This document shows positions 24,008 to 34,751 of a stretch of DNA of 64,000 nucleotides, one piece after another (the first letter of the stretch is position 1; each line of letters begins with the position of its first letter). The DNA comes from Cycas panzhihuaensis (Eukaryota; Plantae; Cycadophyta), in contig CM041465.1 of NCBI GenBank assembly GCA_023213395.1, positions 49,421,741 through 49,485,740 of the forward strand, given 5' to 3'. The notes below the pieces were generated by a model. It saw only the letters and a list, made by a program, of their open reading frames with translations, did no database searches and was not told the DNA's origin. The position numbers were made by a program, and so were the translations under genes.

Positions 24008-27000
24008 TATTAGAATAAAATTTATCTTATAATGTTACCTTTTATTAATAGTCACTTTATTAATATTATTCGTTGTATGGTTCATTGAAAATGATAACTC
24101 CTCATTTCAATGAACATTTACTTATTTATCTCTTCCTACATTCTAGGAAGATAGTTAGAATAGTCAAAGGGTTGAGGTTACATAAGATCAAGGAGGCTAA
24201 CTAGGTAATACTACTATAGGAGGATGTTGCACAACCAAAGAGAGGATGAGATCCTTATCTACCTCCATATTTGTAATGTATTCTTTATTATATTATATTA
24301 ATTAGCTATATTTAGGAGGTCATTTTTTATCCCCCAAAGGGGTTTTCCACGTGTCAATCATAGTGTATATTTCTATGTTTTATTGAATTCTATTATGCAG
24401 ATCTTTGTTCTTAACTCCTAAAATACATGTGCTTGAAATAAGAATCCCTCTCTCTTATATGGTATTAGAGCAGGTTTTATAGCCAGTTTAATAATAGAAT
24501 GCATAAACTGACATGCATATTAAATTATAATTAAAAAAAAAAAAGATTTATATTGAACAAGATTATTATTATACAAAATTAACACCACAAGGTGCTTTTA
24601 TTTTCTTACTAATGCTTGTTTTGTCTTTTGGCCCACAAATATACATCTCTGTATACAAAAATATCTACATCTGTAATCAAGTTTTTGAATGGAAAATGGA
24701 AGAGTGAAATTATGTATGAGCCAAAGAGTGGTGAAGCTCCATTCAATAAAGATAAAGTTTGTGAAGAAATGCTAGCAACCTAGTTAAGAGGAAATCATTA
24801 GGAAATGTCTGTTTGTTGTAATTGTTGGTGAGATTGCAAGATTTGGCAAGCAATATACTAGAAAATCTATGTTATGTGAGGTCATCAATTATACACAAAA
24901 CCCATGTACCTACAATCTTAAGCACACAAAACATAATAGTAGTGGAAAGGGGCAGAGAAACCATCATGATGAATAGAGAGACACTTGCAAAAAAATAAAT
25001 AAATTGATCATATGCCCAGATAAATCAAGGAGATCAACTATCTTGTGAGTAACCCTAGTGATCACATTCTATATCTCATAAGGGTTTATACCCTTCTCTA
25101 TAAGCATGCCCATGCAAATTATTTATGGATGTCCAATCTTTTACTGCCATCATTATTGAAGAAGCCATATAGAAGGAGAGCCCATCCATACAATTAGATA
25201 ATCACTACAAATAGAATACAGATAGTTAAATCTACCAGATATAATGAAGAATGGATGGAGAAAATACTAGGAGACAAAACATGCATGCAGTTGAAGCTAG
25301 AACTCAAATAGACCTGGAGATTCACCGCAGCCTTATAAATTGGGCAAAATCCTTTAAAACCCTAAATAATCAGAGAAGAGAAGATGTTGTCAAAGCTCTA
25401 CGAAGGAGAACACTCTTGAATGGAATTGCTTGCTTGCACAGAGATGCCTCTTGCATCTACATCCTACAAAAATTCAAAGATAAAACTCTTTATAACCTTA
25501 GTTTTTAGGGTAAATACTAATCTAAGTCGACAGACGTCAATCCCTATTATAATGTTATGTAATGTTTTTACATTTGTAAAAACATTGCATTTTGATTAAT
25601 TTATTTTTTAGGTCTGCCATCCCCCCCTTCACTAGCCCCTTGATCATTTCATACACGCATATGACCCTAATCATTTTTGAAAAGGGGCTTAACCCCTTAT
25701 TCTATTACTTTTTTAATTTTTTTTCTCTACAAAAAGGGTTCTTATGCTTCTTCCTTTATAACTTTACCATACGAAGTCTAAATTCAACTAAAAAAGAAGC
25801 ATTAAAATCCTGAATTAGACACGGACGCATCGACTGGCTACTTGTTCCATTCAAAAGCCATTTCAACTAGAAAATTTATGTTCAAAATAAGGCTTCCCTT
25901 CATGATCTGGTAAGCTGAGGTATGTAATATTTCATTGCAAATTTCCTTTATGATACTCTAAATTCATTATTTTAACTTAGTCAACACAGATCACTTATCT
26001 ATAATTTAACAAATTTTGTCATTTTTATATCATTTCTTTTTATAATATGCAGTTTGTTATTATTCAATTAAAATAAACCTTTTTTTTATTTAATTTAAGT
26101 TACAAACGTGCAACTCTTACATGTTTGATTGATTTTCTTAAAATATTTGATTAAAAATTCAATGATTCCTAATCAATGTTAATCAATCTCTATAAGTTCT
26201 TTTTTTATTCAGTGAAAAATCAATTCATTTATGTTTAACGTGGCATGGCAAATCAATTTATGTCTAAGTGACAATGTTAATGACATTATGTTTTGAGTTT
26301 ATATTCAGTGGCAATGTTAATAACATTTGAATTTATGTTCAGTGGTAATGTTAATAAGTTCATTTCAGTTATACACCTATTTTTCTAAATGAATTTTTTA
26401 TTGTAAAAATAATAGCTAATTTCATTCAAAAGTCATCACAACTTCTTCCACTTTTCCATTTCCTTAAAGAGGTTATTTCATTATTAGTTAGTCCCAAAAT
26501 GGAAGCAAATAACAATCCTATATAGTAGTAAGCCATGCAAGCTAAATTTGATACACTTAAAAAGAATTCAACTTGGGCCTTAGCTACCCTTACCTCTAGT
26601 ACAAATTTGGTAGATTGTAAATGGGTTTACCAAACAAAATGTAACTCAGAAGGAGTTATTAAAAAACATAAAGCGCGTCTAGTAGCCAAAGGTTTTTCTC
26701 AAATTGACAGTATAGATTATATCAAAACCTTCTCTCCTATAGCTAAGATTAATACAATCAAAACCATCCTAGCCTTAATAGACAAATTTGGCTGGAGAAT
26801 CCATCAAATGGATGTTAAAAGTGTTTTTCTAAATAGAGATCTTAAAGAAAAATTTTATATGAAACAATCCCCTAGTTTCATTTGTAATCTTAATCTTATG
26901 TATAAGTTAAAAAAACTTTTATATCTCTAAAACAAGCTCCTTGAGCTTGGTATATAAAGATAGATGACTATCTTACACATAATGGATATACTAAGTGCAT

Positions 27001-28554
27001 TAGTGATCCTAATCTTTACTTCAAATGAGAAGATAAAAATATTACCATCTTAATCCTTTACATAGATGATATAATCATAACTAGATCTTTAATCTCCAGT
27101 ATTTATCAATTAAAAGCTATCTTAATGGACAAATTTGAAATGACTGACTTAGGTCTTTTACATTATTTCTTAGGTTTGTAAATTTATCAAACTAATTCAA
27201 ATATAACCATTTCACAACCTAAGTATGCACTTTACTTAATAAAAAGATTTAATATGGAAAATGCTAAACCAGCATCAAACCCTCTACAATCAGGTATTAA
27301 ACTATCAACTGATTCTCTCAAACCTTTATTTAATCCTACAACATATCATCATCTTATAGGTAGTATAATTTATTTAATATATATCCACCCAGACATCTCT
27401 CATGTTATAGTTCTTTGCTCTAGATGCATGTAGAAACCTCACAAGTCATACTGGAAAGTTGCAAAATGAATTTTAAGATATCTACAAGGTATAATATTCT
27501 ATGGCTTAACCTATCACTTATGTAGTATTAATCTAAAATTAATAGGTTATACAAACTCAAATTAGGCAGGAGACTTCGACGACCATAAGTTAACAGTCTA
27601 TTATATTTTCTTTCTAGGCTCTTCACTAATTACTTAGTCTAGCAAGAAAATACAAGTATTAGCCCTATCTACAACTGAAGCTAACTATCAATCACTTGTT
27701 GAAGCTAGTAAAAAATCACTTTAGCTTAAATCCCTATTAAGTAAGCTTGAATTATTTCCTAACTCTTCTATTGAAATTAACATTAATAATCAAGGTGTGA
27801 TATCTACTGATACTAATCTTATCACACATTCTAGAATAAAACACATAGAATTACATTAATATTTTATATGTAATCTTATAAATGATAAAAATTATTCACT
27901 TATTTTATTATTCTACAGACTTGTAGATTGTAGACATTTTTACAAAACCATTGACTGAAGTAAAGTTATTAAATCTTAGAGAATTATTGAAGATTAAATA
28001 AGTCTTCATCAAAGAGGGATTAATATTCTGAAGTCTTCTTTATCTTCTCTTCTTCCTTCTTTCTTCTGTATTATCTATTATATAAAAGATAACATTAAAG
28101 AGGGATGTTAGAATAATATTTATGTTTAATATTACCTCTTATTAATAGTCACTTTATTAATATTATTTATTATATAGCTCATTAAAAATGATAACTGCTC
28201 ATTTTAAGTAATCTCTACTTATTTATCCCTTCCTACATTCTAGGAAGATAGTTAAAATAGTTAAAGGGTTTAGGTTACATAGGATCAAGGAGGCAGACCA
28301 GGTAATACTATTATAGGAGGATGTTGCATAACCAAAGAGAGGATGAGATCCTCATCTACCTCCATATTTGTAATGTATTCTTTATTATATTATATTAATT
28401 AACTATATTTAGGAGGTAGTTTTTTATCCCCCAAAGGAATTTTCCACTTGTCAATCATGATGTATATTTCTATGTTTTATTCAATTCTATTATGTAGATC
28501 TTTATTCTTAACTCTTAAAATACGTGCTTGAAATAAGAATCCCTCTCTCTTACA
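24008..28554 (+). mobile_element. Copia-1 (copy B): 5' LTR 24008-24459, PBS, about 2 kb of foreign DNA, RT/RNase H from 26501, 3' LTR 28106-28554
   Basis: PBS tggtattagagcaggttt at 24460-24477; TSD CTCCT/TTCCT; RT ORF 26535-26930. Confidence 0.92.
24478..26500. other. Unassigned 2-kb segment occupying the gag-PR-IN position of Copia-1
   Basis: No retroelement motifs, TIRs or TSD seen. Abrupt junction at 26500/26501, where copy A continues with Copia coding sequence (YDPKAFKEA). Confidence 0.7.
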
Positions 28555-30409
28555 TTCCTATTTGACTATGTAAATTTGAATCATCTCAGGTTAACATCCA
28601 CTAATCCTTCTTTTTGGATAAAATCACCTAGATCCATTATACTGGGTATCTATCTCTTCTACCCCTCTTCTTTCTTACCAGGGGAAAGAGCAGTATTGAA
28701 GTCTCCCACCACTACCCATGGTCCTTGCCAATTCTTGTAATGTTCCAATATCTTATTCCATAACTCCTTTCTCCCTTCCACAGTGATAGGGGTATAAATA
28801 TGTGTGGCAAGCCATCATTGATCTATTCCCCTACTTGTGAACTAGATGGACATGAAGTGTTTATCTATTACATAGACTTCTCCTTGCTAAAACATAGGGT
28901 TCTATAAAGTTGCCAACCCTCTAAAATCATGGTGAGCTTCCTTAATATCCATTTCTTCTATTCTCCATATATTATTTTTAATAGCTAATCTATTATTTCA
29001 CTCCATCTTAGTTTCCTGGAGAAAGATGATGTCTAGCTTTAATCTCATACATAAAGCCTTAACTAATCTTTGCTTTGATAGGGCATTTAAGCCCCTTACA
29101 TTCCCAAAGATGATCCTCATCTCCTACTTCTCAGATTTGGGCCCTCCATCCCACCTTCCCTTAAGGTACATTAGCTTCCTTGATTAATTTGGGAAGTTAT
29201 CTCCTTTTCTCTAACCATCTTTAAAGTAAGTCTTTCTATCCTCCTTTCACCACCTAGGTATAGGCCTCTATGTCCCCTAATACTCCTCTGCTTCTCCTAG
29301 GGGACTTCCTCCTTATCTCTCCCAATCATTTCCTCTTGCACCTAGGTCATATGATCCTCTATTATTTTTTGCCCTGAAATAAAGGGAGATCCTTCTAGGG
29401 CCTCTCCCTCTCTGTGGATTTCTCTCCATTCCTCTTTTTTTCCTTGAGAGGGCTCTTAGTCAACTCTAGCTTCCTGGCCCTAGTCTTCACCTACCTCATC
29501 CAAGGTATCCTCAACATCCAGGTTTAATCCTTTTGCCTCCTCTAGATTTGCATCCCCTTCTACCTCTGTAGGGATTTATCCTAATAATTCCTTAATTTTC
29601 TCTAACCTAGATTCCTCTCATATTTCCTTGTTTAGCTCTCTTAGGCAATTCTGAGGTAGATGTATAACTCTTTTATATTTTATGCATTTGATATTTTCTA
29701 CTTTATATGCTAATGTTTGGTCTTTACTCCATTCCTCTATCTCTATCCTAACTCAGTCTGGAGGGATTTGCTAATTATTATCAAGACATAGAACCTAACA
29801 TTAATTAGTCTAATACAATTCTTAGTAGCAGAATCTATGGCAAGAAGGGGCCTAATAGCTTTCGCCACCCCTTGGATAACTTCTAAATCCAACACTTATA
29901 GGGGGAGTACCAACATCTACACCTATATTGGTATTTATTTTATAGTCAGTACTACAAGATCAAGATTTGGATACCATGTTTCTAAGAAAATGGTTTTTCT
30001 CCCTAGAATCCAAAGGCCCTTAATAAGATATTGACTATATCTTTATGGTTTAAAATTTTAAAAATAACATAGCCCTAAGGCAATTCCATAACCTCCATTG
30101 GGTTCCTTAGTTTCCATCTATCAACTTTCCATTTCCTAATAACATTGAGTCTAAGTCTTAGGCTTGAGAATCTACTGACCAGACTATTCTCCTAGTACCT
30201 TGTATTTCTCTTAGTGAGTTTCTTGGGGATAGGTATTTTTATCAAATCATCTTCAATTATAGGGTTTATTTCTAAAGGTTCCATTTCTCCTTTCTTTAGT
30301 GATTCAAAAATGATTTCCCTGTGGGGAGGTTTTGAGTCTAATTGGAAGGGCTTTTATCCCCCATAATCTCCATTATTTTCATATAAACTAAGACAACTCT
30401 AGCTACTAT

Positions 30410-31438
30410 GTTGTCAACCTAACTTCTTAGAAAGAAAATCAAGGAAAAACTCCAAGAAAAGTTAGGTTCCTTACTCAGTAAATTAGGGTCATCTAGAAAC
30501 CTTGCATGAGTGATGCTTCTCCACCCTTCTAATCTAGTTTCTACTTTGACTCCTCCTAGAAATACATGGAGGACTATTGGGAACCCTTCCCTTGGCTTGC
30601 CAAGGCTGATCCTGACCTTAACCCTCACTTTGATCATAAAAGAAGGCTTCTTAAGGTAGTCTTAGTTTCCTGATCTTGTCACTTCATCCCTACCTATGTG
30701 GAGATATTCCTTCATCTAGAACCTTACTAGATGGTCTTTCCATTCTCCTTCTTCATCTTCTCGAGTTTCCACTATCCTTGGAATGTCCAAACACAACTTC
30801 TTGGGCTCTTACTACTAACCAAAATCTCCCTTGCTACTTCAGTCACCAACTTACTTTCCTTGGGCCCTCTCAAAACTGTATTGTATCATGCCCTTCATGG
30901 CATCATCTTTCCACAAGATCTTTCAACTCACCATGGCTCTAATACCATATTAAATTTAGAATATCATAGTGTAATGTATTGAGTATAACATGACAAAAAT
31001 ATAGTATACATATATAATGACTGAATTATTTCATAAGATATATACATATATAAAGAAACAAACATGAATATAAAATAAATAATAGATCAAGCATGCATCG
31101 TAAAAGAGATAATAGATTTATACATGGAAAACCCAATGTGAAAAAAATCATGGGAGAAGGTGGAGTTGGGAGATCCTCTTATAATCAAAATGAAGACATC
31201 TCTAGGTCTTGGACGTTTCTCAAGTTCTCAAGTGATGTGTGTACATATTTATATCAATAGTTATCTCATGATTAGCCTATAATTTCTTGAGTCATTACAT
31301 CATCTAATATCATATGTACATGGGTATGTGTGCATCTCACATCTCTTTATACATCTAATTGGTAGGATTATGCATGTGTCCACAATATTGATATTAAATA
31401 TTACATATGTGATTAAATCATATATTCCAATAATAACA
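30410..31438 (-). mobile_element. 5' LTR (about 30948-31438), PBS and leader of another old LTR element, present only in B
   Basis: PBS tggtattagagc (30936-30947, minus); the LTR carries the gggttttccat motif at 31124-31156. Boundaries approximate. Confidence 0.65.
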
Positions 31439-33008
31439 AGGTTCGATAAATTGTAATAAACAATTATATTTTTAATGGGTGATCTGTAATAGATCTCATA
31501 ATAAGATATTATATTAAGAGATCTAGATAATCCTATTTTGAGGGAAGATATAGCATAAATAGATGTAGTAGACGATTAACGAATAACCCTTATAAATGCA
31601 AGAATTTATGAATTCTTGGTCACATGCATTAACATTTCAAAAAGCATTCCTTAGCTCTATAATAAGAATGATAGCTTAAAAACAAACCTTGCTTGATTGT
31701 TCATCACACCAAATCTTTCAATTAATAGGTTTACTAATCAATACACTAAGTATACCTAAGAATTTTAGAAGAACTTGCATTGAAGTACTTGTTGTAATGG
31801 GAGAAAGTTCTCAAGGTGATACCACATTGAGCATTTCCTTTGTAAGCATATCTAACAAGAATTTATAGTGGATTATTTGTGGTATTACATTAAGACTATT
31901 TAATTTACAAAAAGTGCATCCTTTTCCTACAAATCTTACACTAGCACTATATGATGTTGCAAAAAGAGTAAAATTTAATTGGTCTAGCTTTCTATCTAAG
32001 AAGATTATTCACAATCTAGAGTTCATTTTAAATACAAAAATTGTTGTTATAGTTTTTCAGCCAACTATTATGCTATGATTGGTATATCACTAGCATATGT
32101 CTTTAGAAGAAACATTAGAACAAGGTGTGGCTTAGCTACAATATTGGGCTAATAAATATGAAAAGGAAGTTATGAATGAGAAAGAAAAGTAGTTGTTATA
32201 GGCAATTCAAAATAAGCTTATAGGAAATCTTTTGTAGGATGTCAACTACCTCCTGAAATAGAAGAGGGTAAAACATTTTTCAACAAGAGTGTTAGGTATT
32301 GTGACAACAATTATAGGCCTAAAATGATGGCCTATTTTCAGCGCGGTTCCCCCCCCTAATCTTTCTCGGGGGGTTCCAAGGGGAGCAAGAGCCCCCCTTG
32401 GCTGGGGGGTGCGGGGGGGTGGAACGCCCCCTGTTAGGAGGTGGTTAACGGGTGATAGCCCCCAACCCGAAAATTTGACCATGTAAACCTTATTAAAGTG
32501 TAAAGAGAATCAGGGTCATACAATGAAAATACCCTAGATTCTACGGTTGAGATTTTAGGTCTTGGATGTCCTCTCATGTAGCCCATTTTTAGGGCTTTTC
32601 TTATTATGTTGTAATGTTATGCAATGTGCTGTGAAGAGGGCAGCGGCTGATTGTTGTTCCAGAGAGCACTCTGTATCTGTGATGTACTATTTTCTCCATT
32701 CTGCAGTAATAAAGATCGATACCTTTCCTATGTGGATGTTTCCCTAGCACACTGCTAGGGTTTTACCATGTTATATCGAGTGCACATATGATGTTTGGCT
32801 TTCATTGTCTTGTTACTGTATAATCTTTGGTTTTAAGAACTTGCATGTAATTTGTATGTTTCATTTCTGCAACTAGTTATAAGAAAGTAATAGATCTTGG
32901 TGGCTATTAGAGGGTTGGACCTTCTATTCTCAACAAGTGGTATCAGAGCCACTCTTTTTTCTTATAGCGAGTTTGTGAAGGTTTTTGGTGTTGGCTTTTC
33001 TACACCAA

Positions 33009-34751
33009 ATGGCGAAACTGATGAGTGCAAAGTTCGAGGTGGAGAAATTCAATGGCAAGAACAACTTCGAGTTGTGGAAGCTAAAAGCGTACGATATTCT
33101 TCTACAGCAGGGTTTGTACAAAGCCCTTGCAGGAAAATCGAAGAAACCCACGGGAATGGACGATGATGAATGGGATGATTTAGACAAAAAGGCACTTAGC
33201 ACAATACAATTGTGCTTAGCAGATGAAGTTTTATTTAACATCGCAGGGGAGCAGATAACAACAGGATTATGGACCCGGTTGGAAGGCCTGTATATGACCA
33301 AATCAATAACGAACTGAATCTACCTAAAGAGGCAACTGCACTCGTTACGGATGAAGGAAGGTACAAAAATTACTGACCATTTAAATATTTTCAATACTCT
33401 TATTTGTCAATTGACTAGTATTGATGTTAAAATTGAGGATGAAGACAAAGGCGATTTACTGTTATGCTCATTACCTGAATCTTGGGATAATATTGTCACC
33501 TCAATCAGTTTTAGCACTACAGATGAATTGGAATATGACTCTATTGTGAGTGCTTTGCTAATGGAAGAAGTTCAGAGGAAGTCTAGTCTTGAAACCTCCA
33601 CACCAGAAGCCATGACAGTAAGGGGTAGAACGTTTGAGAGAGGACAAAACTCCAGGGATACATCGAGATCCAAGTCAAAGAGCAAAAAGAGTAAGCTCAG
33701 GTGTTGGCATTGTAATAAGACCGGTCACCTCAAGAAGGATTGTTACAAAAGGAAGGAGTTCCAGAAAAAGGAAGATCCTGCCAAGGAGGCAAATCAGGTG
33801 GAGTCAAATGAAGGTATGGATGATGATGTCTTGGTTGCTTATAATGTTTCTCATTATCACCATGACTGGTTATTAAGGGAAATGAAGTTTCTTGTAAGAT
33901 AGTGGGCATTGGTAGCATCAAAATTAAGATGTTCAATGGGGTAGTTAGAACATTAACTGAGGTTAGACATGTACCTGATTTGAAAAGGAACCTGATTTCC
34001 TTGGGTGAATTAGATTCGAGTGGTTTTAAGCATACAGGTCATGAAGGAGTCCTAAAGGTGTCAAAGGGCGCCTTGGTTATTATGAAAGCCTTAAAGAGAG
34101 GAAATCTTTATATTTTAGTGGGAATGCGGATGTCGACCAAGTAGTTACTGACAAAGACTACGTAAGATCCTCCGCCTATGGCATTAAAGACTTGGGCACA
34201 TGAGTGAGAAAGGACTTAAGGTCTTGATAAAGCTGTAGTTACTTCCTAACTTGTAGCTTTCAGATTTGGCTTTCTGTAAACATTGTGTTTTTAGAAAACA
34301 GTGTAGACTCAGGTTTAAAGTAGGGAGTCACACTAGTAAAGGCGTTATGGATTACATACATTCAGATGTATGGGGACCAACCCCTAAAATATCTTGTGGA
34401 GGATCATTGTATTTTGTCACATTTATAGATGATTACTCCAAGAAGGTATGGGTCTATTTTTTGAAAAGGAAATCTAAAGTTTTCAGTGTGTTTAAGCAGT
34501 TCAAGGCTTTAGTTGAGAACAGTACTGGTAAGACAATCAAATGTTTAAGAACTAACAATGGAGGTGAGTTCAACTCCTTGGAATTTGAGAACTATTGCAG
34601 AGAAGCTGGGATCGAAAGACACAAGACCACTAGCTACACTCCACAGCAAAATGGCATTGCTGAGCGCATGAATAGGACACTCCTGGAAAGAGCAAGAAGC
34701 ATGCTAAGTAATGTAGGAGTGGGCGAGGCTTCAGGCGTGTCAAGCGACTTG
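33009..34751 (+). pseudogene. gag-pol: Tork-like gag-PR-integrase (5' part), disrupted
   Basis: ORFs 32985-33317, 33351-33902, 33902-34144 and 34266-34757; stops, frameshifts, and no protease DSG motif. Confidence 0.93.

Larger units (their letters stand above)
23731..30400 (-). mobile_element. L1-type LINE (copy B), split by Copia-1 into 23731-24007 and 28555 to about 30400
   Basis: Removing Copia-1 restores GFKFT*SNRRLGEHYIQVRLDRIMVN...SYHSPLML...FHF*LMWVKHPNL..LIINWW. ORF2 ATG at 29120. ORF1 has DUF4283-like RGLWILGRK...PI*V*MLVLPL and CIKYKRVIHLPQNC. The 5' boundary is approximate. Confidence 0.9.

Noticed and set aside
25251-25508. 85-aa ORF in the foreign segment as a captured gene
   Set aside because: Short, no recognisable domain and no supportable exon structure.
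26257-26358. CRISPR-like array
   Set aside because: Diverged repeats, irregular short spacers, no cas genes, plant context.
32278-32289. Tork target site tcaacaag resembles the element's own LTR end
   Set aside because: An 8-bp match in AT-rich DNA, and a normal 5-bp TSD indicates ordinary integration.
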